Shown one piece after another: positions 18,121 through 25,830 of a DNA stretch of 30,019 nucleotides. The notes under the pieces are model-generated. The model worked only from the letters and a program-made list of their open reading frames with translations. It made no database searches and was not told where the DNA came from. Every line of letters starts with the position of its first letter. Positions within the stretch are counted from its first letter, which is position 1. Where the stretch lies: positions 1 to 30,019 of the forward strand of contig JBMFUT010000006.1 in assembly GCA_049966395.1 (NCBI GenBank). Reading direction: 5' to 3'. This DNA comes from Candidatus Micrarchaeia archaeon. Lineage in GTDB: Archaea > Micrarchaeota > Micrarchaeia > Micrarchaeales > CABMGC01. A program made the position numbers and the translations under genes.

Positions 18121-18969
18121 CTATAGCTTCTGGGATTCTAGCAGCGACTTTACTATTATGTTGAGATGTCCTGCTTCCCTCAGCCTTCTATATGCGTAAT
18201 CGACCCACCTGCTCCCGAATGGCACGTATATTGCAACATTGTTTTCCTTTGCTAGCTCCACAGCAAGCTTGTTCCTTATGCCATTAAGCATAGCGTAAGT
18301 AACTTGGCCATTGTAATTCCTGCCGATCCGAAGAGCAGCGTCTATCATCTTGATGTCGTGCGTCGCAACCATGAATTTCCGCGAATTTGAGAACAAGTAG
18401 CGCAGAAGGGAGAGGTAATTACTGTCTATCTCTGCTTTTTTCTTGTAGGCTACAGTTTGGGGTTCGTTGTATGCGCCTTTCACCAGCCTTATTACACCTC
18501 CCCAATTTGTTATTTTGGCAACGTCATTCCTGCTTCTCTTAAGATACGCCTGTATGCACACGCCGGAGTTGCCTGAATGGAAATGCTTCTTGTAGATGCG
18601 CAGGGTAAAATCCACGTCCCTTGATGTCTCCATGTCAAGCCATACAAATATTTTTTTGGCATAGGCGCTACGTAATATCCTTGCGTAATTCGACTCAGCC
18701 AGCGAGGGGCTTATGCGCAGCCCAAGTTGCGTTGGCTTAAGAGATATAGCTGATGGCACGCCCTCTTTGGATATGCTCCTTATGAGAGAGAGGTATTTAT
18801 CCACTGTTTCGTCAACATCCTTGCGGCTTTTGAACTCCTCGCCAAGGTAGTTGAGAATTGTCGAAATGCGCTTCTTGCTGAATTTTTTTGACAAAGCTAT
18901 TGCATCTTCTATGCTCTCCCCTGCAATCCACCTACCGGCAACCAGCTTTTCCAAGATGCTTCCTGACAT
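18121..18969 (-). CDS. Monofunctional proline dehydrogenase
   Basis: IAGE, LGE, SLKPTQLG, DME, QAYL, RLVKGAY, ATHD and YVPFG..Y..RRLRE motifs; start likely ATG 18969. Confidence 0.93.
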   Translation of the reverse strand: MSGSILEKLVAGRWIAGESIEDAIALSKKFSKKRISTILNYLGEEFKSRKDVDETVDKYLSLIRSISKEGVPSAISLKPTQLGLRISPSLAESNYARILRSAYAKKIFVWLDMETSRDVDFTLRIYKKHFHSGNSGVCIQAYLKRSRNDVAKITNWGGVIRLVKGAYNEPQTVAYKKKAEIDSNYLSLLRYLFSNSRKFMVATHDIKMIDAALRIGRNYNGQVTYAMLNGIRNKLAVELAKENNVAIYVPFGSRWVDYAYRRLREAGHLNIIVKSLLESQKL

Positions 18970-19005
18970 TGAAACACATATTAGCATATGATTATATATA
19001 TTTGA

Positions 19006-19584
19006 ATGCCAATTAAAATTATGCAAGACGGGGGAATCGTTTTTGCAAAGCAGCGCGCCAAAGAGGACATAGCTGCCAGAAGGCTCTCTCGAGAAACGCA
19101 TGTTGTCAATGACTACGAAAGGCTTATGAAGGAAGTGCTTCTGGAGAGAGGGATTGACTCCTATTATGAATTGCATCTATTTCCTGTCAGTAACAACAAT
19201 GGATACTTGCCGGATTTTGTAACGTGCATGCGCGTCGACGGGAGGTTTGTGGTTTTTGAAATGCATTCTTCTGCTGAATGGAGTTACATATTAAAACTCG
19301 AGAAATTCAGCGCCATCTACCAGTTTTACACCGTGCTTGTAAGCAAGCACGGCTATGACAGACGGTCAGAAAAAATAAGCAATGAAATAGGCGGCTACTG
19401 GTATCTTCCAAATGGAGTGAGCGACCCCGCAGAGTACTCAAAGAAGAAAAAAGAGCTTGCGGGAATGGTCGAAGAATTCATAAGAGAAAAGAATCCAGAA
19501 ATCTTGACTTACGCGGAAGCGGAAAATGAGCTAAAGAGAAGGATAGATTTCATAGAAGTGCTGTTTGGGCAGCGCAGAAAGTAG
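19006..19584 (+). CDS. Hypothetical protein, possible PD-(D/E)xK-like nuclease fold
   Basis: YLPDFV...VVFEMH motif; fills the gap between ProDH and aIF1A. Confidence 0.55.
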   Translation: MPIKIMQDGGIVFAKQRAKEDIAARRLSRETHVVNDYERLMKEVLLERGIDSYYELHLFPVSNNNGYLPDFVTCMRVDGRFVVFEMHSSAEWSYILKLEKFSAIYQFYTVLVSKHGYDRRSEKISNEIGGYWYLPNGVSDPAEYSKKKKELAGMVEEFIREKNPEILTYAEAENELKRRIDFIEVLFGQRRK

Positions 19585-19585
19585 G

Positions 19586-19897
19586 CTAAGGTATTGCATA
19601 TCCCTTTTGCTTCAGAAGATCCTTGTCTATTATGCTGTAGCGCCAAATGACGTCGCCACGCTCGTTGCTCTGCACGACCCACGGTTTAACTATGACAAGG
19701 TCGCCCTCTTTTATCCAGAACTTTCTTCTGAGCCTTCCTGGTATGGAGCATACGCGCTCGTTGCTGTCAGAGCACAAGACCATGAATTTTGAGGCGCCCA
19801 GCGTTTTTGTCACCCTGCCTATGAATTCCCCCTGCATCGGAAGCTTGAGCTGATGCACAGGCGCCTGGCCGTTGTTCTTGTTACCGCCGTAACCCAT
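19586..19897 (-). CDS. eif1a: Translation initiation factor aIF-1A
   Basis: LG..F.V.C.D..R.C.IPGR.R...WIKEGD.V.V.PW OB-fold signature. Confidence 0.96.
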   Translation of the reverse strand: MGYGGNKNNGQAPVHQLKLPMQGEFIGRVTKTLGASKFMVLCSDSNERVCSIPGRLRRKFWIKEGDLVIVKPWVVQSNERGDVIWRYSIIDKDLLKQKGYAIP

Positions 19898-19904
19898 ATT
19901 ATCA

Positions 19905-20330
19905 TCAATAGTGCTTTATTGTATACCTTGCGCCGCAAGCCTCGCAAACTATAGTTACAAATCCCCTGCCTGCCGATTCAACATGCGTATCCGGCTTGTG
20001 GCACTCCCTGCATATAACGTAAGTAGCAAAATACTTGTTTATCTTTTCGTCAAGCGCTTCGCTTGAGAACCTTCCGCTTATGATGAGTCGCTGGTCGCTC
20101 GTCTCGACAGGCGTGGCGAGCTCCCTGGTAAGATATTTGGATAGCTCCTCCTCGCTCCTTCTTGCAGTCTTTGCTATTTCGGAAAAGTTCCTTATTATTG
20201 TCTTGGATCCCTGGATTATCGAATCGACCTTAGGCACTTTGAAGTCCACCTTTTCCTCTGAGAGGCTAGGCAAGGACTTGAAAGCCCTGTCCAAAAGTTC
20301 TGAATACTCGTCTGCCAAATAAACACGCAT
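19905..20330 (-). CDS. eif2b: Translation initiation factor aIF-2 beta subunit
   Basis: YSELLDRA, TIIRNF, ELAT, and C-terminal CRECHKPDT..CEACGA zinc ribbon; true start may be TTG 20318. Confidence 0.95.
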   Translation of the reverse strand: MRVYLADEYSELLDRAFKSLPSLSEEKVDFKVPKVDSIIQGSKTIIRNFSEIAKTARRSEEELSKYLTRELATPVETSDQRLIISGRFSSEALDEKINKYFATYVICRECHKPDTHVESAGRGFVTIVCEACGARYTIKHY

Positions 20331-20361
20331 CGCTGGCTTATATCGTTAAGTTATATGGGGC

Positions 20362-20375
20362 AAAATATATTAAAT
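20362..20375 (+). promoter_or_regulatory. TATA-like element in the aIF2-beta / SRP RNA divergent promoter
   Basis: aaatatattaaata about 25-30 nt upstream of the predicted SRP RNA 5' end. Confidence 0.5.
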
Positions 20376-20396
20376 AAGAGCATTCATTTATATACC

Positions 20397-20660
20397 GCAG
20401 CAGTAAGGCCGGGAAGCTGGGGGTTTCCCGCTTGCAAATCCCCCTCATGGCAGGCCGCAAGCCGGCGGAGTGCTGCATTGACATGCAAGGAATATGCATA
20501 AGCCGTGATGCTCAGCCTTCGGTGGTGGCCCTATGCACGAACCAGGCCAGGCCGGAAGGAGCAACCTTAAATGCACTGGGCTATGCTCTGAAGATACGGG
20601 GCGGAGTGGAAGCGTATCAAACCTTTCATGCTGGTGCAGTGCAACGCCAGTTGCTGCTGC
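20397..20660 (+). ncRNA. ffs: Archaeal signal recognition particle (7S) RNA
   Basis: Helix 8 motif GAACCAGGCCAGGCCGGAAGGAGCAACC (20539-20566); 10-bp terminal helix GCAGCAGTAA/TTGCTGCTGC; Alu-like GGGGG/CCCCC loop complementarity; followed by TTTTT. Confidence 0.92.
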
Positions 20661-20703
20661 TTTTTGGCAAAACTATAAAATATGGTTGGCGGAATAATAT
20701 TGA

Positions 20704-20805
20704 GCTGGGGTCGCCTAGTGGTAAATTGGAAATTCACTAAAGGGCGGCAGCCTGCTAAGCTGTTTGGCTGAATAGCCTCCGTGGGTTCGATTCCCACCCC
20801 CAGCG
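20704..20805 (+). tRNA. tRNA-Ser(GCT) with an 18-nt intron in the D-loop (20723-20740)
   Basis: Acceptor GCTGGGG/CCCCAGC, discriminator G; anticodon arm GCAGC-CTGCTAA-GCTGT; long variable arm; T arm GTGGG-TTCGATT-CCCAC; bulge-helix-bulge around the insertion. Confidence 0.95.
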
Positions 20806-20812
20806 CTTCCGC

Positions 20813-21532
20813 TTATGCCATGCGCAGCCTTCCAACCGTGCCGAAGTCTATTGTTTCGCCGAAGCCTACAGCTATGGCGTGCATTTTGTCTATGTCTATG
20901 CGCTTGAAAACCGGGGACAGAAGCGCGCTCTTCGGCTGCACGTTGACTTCTGTTCCTGATGCGAAATAATTCATAGCGGGAAGCACCAGAAGGTGGCTGC
21001 TTTCATATTTCCCGTAAAGAAAGCAGCGCAGCTTCTTTCGCATGCCCAGAGCGTTGGATATGCCTATAGCAGGGTGCTCGTGACCCATCACTAGCATTCT
21101 TGCGCCGTTGTGGTTGCGGGGAAGCTCCTCGCCATGAAAGAACAGATAATCGCCAACCCTTGCCTCCTGTCTGGCTATCTCTATGCCGAAGGATCCTTTG
21201 TACCTGTCGACAAAATTGTCGTGGTTGCCTTTCACCAGAAGAAGCTTGGCGCCTATGCCCTTGAAGAAGTCCATGAGCTCGTAGAGCTCGTTGAACTCCT
21301 CCACATCTACGGTAGAGAATTCGTTCTTTATATCGCCGTCTATGACAACTTTGGATGCGCCGGTAGCCTCTATAGCCTTGCCTGTGCTCTCTTTTATCTT
21401 TCTCAGATTTATTTTAGGTATGAATGTTCCGCGCTTCGACATCACGCCCTCATAACCGAGGTGGAGATCCGCAATAGTTATAGCGTTGAGGCTCTTTATG
21501 TATGCGATTGGCATTCCTTCCAATAGCGTCAC
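20813..21532 (-). CDS. Calcineurin-like metallophosphoesterase (Lhr-associated MPE family)
   Basis: DLH, GD, GNHD, HG and GHEHP motifs; directly downstream of Lhr; start uncertain (GTG 21532 or ACG 21550). Confidence 0.92.
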   Translation of the reverse strand: MTLLEGMPIAYIKSLNAITIADLHLGYEGVMSKRGTFIPKINLRKIKESTGKAIEATGASKVVIDGDIKNEFSTVDVEEFNELYELMDFFKGIGAKLLLVKGNHDNFVDRYKGSFGIEIARQEARVGDYLFFHGEELPRNHNGARMLVMGHEHPAIGISNALGMRKKLRCFLYGKYESSHLLVLPAMNYFASGTEVNVQPKSALLSPVFKRIDIDKMHAIAVGFGETIDFGTVGRLRMA

Positions 21533-21550
21533 GTCGCTGTCTAGCTGCGT

Positions 21551-24229
21551 TCAGCCACCTTTTATTTTTTCCATCACCTGTCTGTGCAGCAGTTGCAGGT
21601 ATTTGAGCCTGCCCTTCATCTCTATGACATCGGCATGGCCGAATGTTATGAGTGTGTGGGCGAAGGGGCTTGGCGAACTAGTTTCTATGAACTTGTATTT
21701 CATCTCGCCGTCCCTTATCTTGCGCAGTATCAGTTCTGCCTTGGGCAAGTCCATCACGTCGTTGAGCACCTCCCTATAGGCTTCCTTTATTATCGGAAAG
21801 TTGGAATCTGTCTCTTCCGCTGCCTTGAATATGAGCTGCGAGCTTACCTGCTGCTTTCCTACAGCTATCTTCCATCCCTTGTAGTTCTTGAGTATGAGGA
21901 AACTCCTAGCGGCGACGTGCCTGAAATGCCTTTTCATCAGCTCGGTGTTTCTTATGTTGCTCTTCAGGAGCACTGGAAGGTTCTCGCTGTAAGTGGCCTC
22001 AACGAGCGAAGAAATGTAAGCCTTGCTCAGGCTTTCATTACCTTCAGGCAGAAGCATGAAACCGTTGTCGTTCACCATTATACTCACGTCTTCGCCGAGC
22101 ATTTCGCCGAGCTTTACTGCAAATGCCCTAGAAAGCGCGTCATTTATTCTTCTCCCGAAAAGCGCGTGGAATATCAGATAATGGTGTCTCGAATGCACGT
22201 CGTAGCTCTGTTCTATCAGCAGCAGCGAGCTGTTTGGCACAGTCCCTGAGAAAAGAAACTGCTCCATGAAATACTTGAATATTGCGGATTTTGCATTTCC
22301 GTCTACAGGCAGCTTTCCGAGGTATTCTTCGGCCGCCTTTGGAAGCCTGCCAAGCTTGAAAGCCTTCCTGAAATCCTTTTCGTTTTTTTCTATGAGGCGA
22401 AGCATCCCCTGCCTGAAATCTCCTATCCAATTTGCGAGCTCGTAGCTCAAAGGCAACTGCTCTGAGAACCATGGAGGGATAGTTGGAGACGAACTCTGCG
22501 CGATTGTGACGAAGCACTTCATGCCCCTAGAATACTCGAACTTATAAAGCCTCCCTCCAAGTGCAAATATGTCGTTAGGCTTCATCCTAGACAGGAATTC
22601 CTCCTCTATGTTGCCTATCCACTTCTTTTCGGGAAGCAGAAGTACGTTTACTGCGACTTCATCTGGTATTGTGCCGAGGTTGAGCATGTATATCACTCTG
22701 GAATTGCCTCTCTTGCCGAATATCTGCTCCTTTTCGTCGTACCATATCTTGCCATACACATGCCTGCTTTCAAGGCCTACGTAATTTCCTGCAAGATATT
22801 CTACCAGCGACATGAAGTCCTTTTTTTGTAGGTTGTGGTATGGATACGCCCTGCGCACGGTTTCAAAAGCCTCGTCAACGCGCCATTTCTTGGTGAGCGA
22901 CATTCCGACTATGTGCTGGGCAAGCACGTCGAGGGCATTTTGAGGAACCTCGAAAGAATCTAGGCTCTTCTCCAGGGCTTTCTGCGCCATGACGGAGCAT
23001 TCTACCAGATCGTCCCTGTTTAGCACTATCATGATACCCTTTGCAGTCATCTTGAAGCTGTGGCCAGCTCTGCCCACTCGCTGCACCAGCCGCGTGACGC
23101 TCTTTGGAGAGCCGAGCTGCACTACGCTTTCTATGGAGCCTATGTCTATTCCGAGCTCCAGACTCGTCGAAGAGACTGCGCACTTCAGCGATCCCTTCTT
23201 CAGCGTTTCCTCTACTTCCAGCCTGGACTCCCTGGAAAGAGAGCCGTGGTGCGCGGCTATGTCCTCGCCATAATTGAAGCGCTTCTTGAGGTTAAATACA
23301 ACCCTTTCTGTGCCGCTTCTCGTATTGGTGAAAACAAGGGTTGTCTTGTTGCTCTTTATTATGCTGTTTATTTCCTTGTACATGGAGTCTTCTATTTTCT
23401 TGTCAGGGGAATATATCAGGTCTTTCACTGGGCTCTTTGTAATTATGGAAAGCTTCTTTGACCATGATGCGTCCACTATTGTGCAATCTCTAGGATTGCC
23501 GTTCTCGAATCCCGCTAAGTATTTTGCCGCTTCTTCGCTTGGGTTCAGCGTGGCACCAAGGCCTATCCTGGTGAAGTCGTGGCCTATTATCTCTGCAAGC
23601 CTCTCTATCGTTAGGGCGAGATGTACGCCGCGCTTGTTGTTGGCAAGCTCGTGAATTTCATCGATGATGACGTACTCCAGATCTTTCATTTTCTCTATGA
23701 ATTTCTGCGAATTGAGGATTATGGCAAGGCTCTCTGGAGTAGTGACCAGTATGTTAGGGGCGTGCGCCAGCATTCGCTGCCTATCTTTTGAAGGCGTGTC
23801 TCCAGTTCTTACACCTATCGTAACCTTGCTTATGCTTGCGCTCTGCACTAGCTGCGAGCCTAGTTGGAGGTACTTGTCCTTCTCTATCGATGAGTATATC
23901 TCTTCCAGGGGCTTTGCAAGATTCCTGTAAATGTCGTTGTTAAGGGCGCGGAGCGGGGATACGTATATGCAGTATACTTTCTCCTCAAGGCTGCCTGATA
24001 TCGCCTTTTCGAAAAGCCTGCTCAGTATTGACACAAAACCGGCCATCGTCTTCCCTGATCCTGTTGGCGCGGTAATAAGGACGTTCTTCTTAGAGCTGAT
24101 AAGCTTGAATGCGAACTTCTGGGGAGGCGTGAGCTCGGAGTAGTTAGAAGTGAACCACTTCCTGACATAAGGATTCAGCACCGAAAGGCTTTCTTCGTCT
24201 GTGAATGGCGATTTCAGTGTTTCTATCAT
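21551..24229 (-). CDS. lhr: Lhr family ATP-dependent SF2 helicase
   Basis: APTGSGKT, SPLRAL, DEIH, HHGSLS, LELGID and QRVGRAGH motifs, GTIPD, Lhr C-terminal domain ending in PSPFA. Confidence 0.96.
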   Translation of the reverse strand: MIETLKSPFTDEESLSVLNPYVRKWFTSNYSELTPPQKFAFKLISSKKNVLITAPTGSGKTMAGFVSILSRLFEKAISGSLEEKVYCIYVSPLRALNNDIYRNLAKPLEEIYSSIEKDKYLQLGSQLVQSASISKVTIGVRTGDTPSKDRQRMLAHAPNILVTTPESLAIILNSQKFIEKMKDLEYVIIDEIHELANNKRGVHLALTIERLAEIIGHDFTRIGLGATLNPSEEAAKYLAGFENGNPRDCTIVDASWSKKLSIITKSPVKDLIYSPDKKIEDSMYKEINSIIKSNKTTLVFTNTRSGTERVVFNLKKRFNYGEDIAAHHGSLSRESRLEVEETLKKGSLKCAVSSTSLELGIDIGSIESVVQLGSPKSVTRLVQRVGRAGHSFKMTAKGIMIVLNRDDLVECSVMAQKALEKSLDSFEVPQNALDVLAQHIVGMSLTKKWRVDEAFETVRRAYPYHNLQKKDFMSLVEYLAGNYVGLESRHVYGKIWYDEKEQIFGKRGNSRVIYMLNLGTIPDEVAVNVLLLPEKKWIGNIEEEFLSRMKPNDIFALGGRLYKFEYSRGMKCFVTIAQSSSPTIPPWFSEQLPLSYELANWIGDFRQGMLRLIEKNEKDFRKAFKLGRLPKAAEEYLGKLPVDGNAKSAIFKYFMEQFLFSGTVPNSSLLLIEQSYDVHSRHHYLIFHALFGRRINDALSRAFAVKLGEMLGEDVSIMVNDNGFMLLPEGNESLSKAYISSLVEATYSENLPVLLKSNIRNTELMKRHFRHVAARSFLILKNYKGWKIAVGKQQVSSQLIFKAAEETDSNFPIIKEAYREVLNDVMDLPKAELILRKIRDGEMKYKFIETSSPSPFAHTLITFGHADVIEMKGRLKYLQLLHRQVMEKIKGG

Positions 24230-24690
24230 TTTAACGCCTTCCTCGCGGCGCCCTCTGAAGCAATCTCGCGCAAAATGTGCTTGTAAATTCCCTTTGGGTA
24301 AACATTGTCCTTCATCCTTTCAAGTTCCTTCAGGGGCACCCAATATGCCTTAAGCTTTTTGCCATCCTCATCGCGCTCCATCACGCGCCTGGAGTAAAGG
24401 CTCTTTTTAGCTAGTTTCCCAGAATAAATAAACACTATTTCATGGCCCCTCTTCCTATTGTATGTGAATATGTTTTCGATAACATCCACGAGCTTCAGGT
24501 CAGAAATGCCGCTGTGGAGTTCTTCCATTATTTCCCTTCGTACCGCGGTTTCGCTCCTTTCGAATGGCTCGACGTGCCCCCCAACAAGCCTGTAAAACTT
24601 GCCGCTTTCAATGCTGCTTCCAATCTGCATAAGCGCCCTGCCGTTGTTTACACATAGCAGATATGCTTTGACCGATATTTTGGAGTACAT
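24226..24690 (-). CDS. Nudix hydrolase
   Basis: Nudix box GGHVEPFERSETAVRREIMEEL; stop overlaps the Lhr start (ATGA). Confidence 0.92.
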   Translation of the reverse strand: MYSKISVKAYLLCVNNGRALMQIGSSIESGKFYRLVGGHVEPFERSETAVRREIMEELHSGISDLKLVDVIENIFTYNRKRGHEIVFIYSGKLAKKSLYSRRVMERDEDGKKLKAYWVPLKELERMKDNVYPKGIYKHILREIASEGAARKALK

Positions 24691-24727
24691 GCTAACACTT
24701 TTTGCAGCGCAAATGCAATTACGCAGA

Positions 24728-25705
24728 CTACTTCATTTTGGCTAGCATTATTATGCGCTTGTAAGTTGGTGGATGCGTCATGAACATACTTGTAACATAA
24801 TAATGCCTGCCGCGCTCTCTTTTGGTAGCTTCCTTTAGCGCTTCTATGTCAATCTCAGGTACTAGCTTCTTTATCTCAGCCGCATGAGCCAATATTTCCT
24901 TTATGTCTTTTTCTACTGTTACATTGTCTGCTATGTAAAGCGCCCTTGTGCCTGCTGAGGCTGCGTTTTTGCTTGGCTGCGCATTGCTGCGCGATATGCC
25001 GTAGGTTATTTTTGCTAGGGCCCTTGCAAGGTTCTCTGGTTTTTTGGTAGCCGATGCTGAATAGGAGTCGGCGTAAATTTCCCGAATCCTTGAAAGTGAA
25101 AGCATGAGGAGTTCCGTCACGAAGTACACAGCGAATGCTGCCATGCCTATCAGCATAAGGTAAGAAAACTGGTTCCTGTTGCCAGAATAGAATCCTCCGA
25201 AGAAGAAATTCTCCGCGATTATGTATGCCAGGAGTGGTATGAAAGAAACTAATGTTATTATTACGACGTCGTTGTGCTTCAGATGGCCTATTTCGTGAGC
25301 GAGAACAGACTCAAGCTCGTCGTTGTCGAGCATGTCCAGCAATCCCTGGTGCACTACTAGCGTTGCGCTTTTTCTAGTCCTTCCAAAAACGAATGCGTTT
25401 GGCTCCTTGCTTGGGCTTATGGCAATTCTAGGCTCGGGCACATTCGCGCCATTGGCGAGCTTTTTTACCATCTCGTGAAGTTCTGGGTATTCACCATCTT
25501 TAATGTAGCGCAAATGCGAGGCAATACGGAGAAGAATTGGGGATATGTACCACTGCAACAGGAAGAATATAAGCGCAATTAAAAGTATGCCTATGAACGG
25601 CGCGCCGAAAAGGGCGAGAAGGACATATATTATGGCGAAGCCTACCGCCAGCACCAGAAGCAGCGTTAAATACATCCTTGATTTAAGGGCAAAAAGGCTT
25701 TGCAT
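24728..25705 (-). CDS. htpX: Zinc metalloprotease HtpX (M48)
   Basis: PNAF, HEIGH, SRIREIYAD and THPP motifs with TM helices; start likely ATG 25705. Confidence 0.95.
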   Translation of the reverse strand: MQSLFALKSRMYLTLLLVLAVGFAIIYVLLALFGAPFIGILLIALIFFLLQWYISPILLRIASHLRYIKDGEYPELHEMVKKLANGANVPEPRIAISPSKEPNAFVFGRTRKSATLVVHQGLLDMLDNDELESVLAHEIGHLKHNDVVIITLVSFIPLLAYIIAENFFFGGFYSGNRNQFSYLMLIGMAAFAVYFVTELLMLSLSRIREIYADSYSASATKKPENLARALAKITYGISRSNAQPSKNAASAGTRALYIADNVTVEKDIKEILAHAAEIKKLVPEIDIEALKEATKRERGRHYYVTSMFMTHPPTYKRIIMLAKMK

Positions 25706-25830
25706 AACTTTATTTATCACATGCAAAATATTTATTTATTCTCCTTCCGCGCTGATATAATATATGCAACAGTATGGCCTTTTAGTAAAAGGGTTAATAA
25801 TTTTTCTATAGTAACAATTAAGTGATTAGC

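Noticed and set aside
18970..19176. N-terminal extension of proline dehydrogenase in the ORF track
   Set aside because: Overlaps the divergent 19006 gene and an AT-rich promoter-like gap; homology begins at MSGSILEK.
20432..20797. ORFs 20432-20740 (+) and 20567-20797 (-)
   Set aside because: They overlie the SRP RNA and tRNA-Ser(GCT) genes.
21584..24143. Multiple plus-strand ORFs opposite lhr
   Set aside because: Antisense shadow frames with no recognisable domain.
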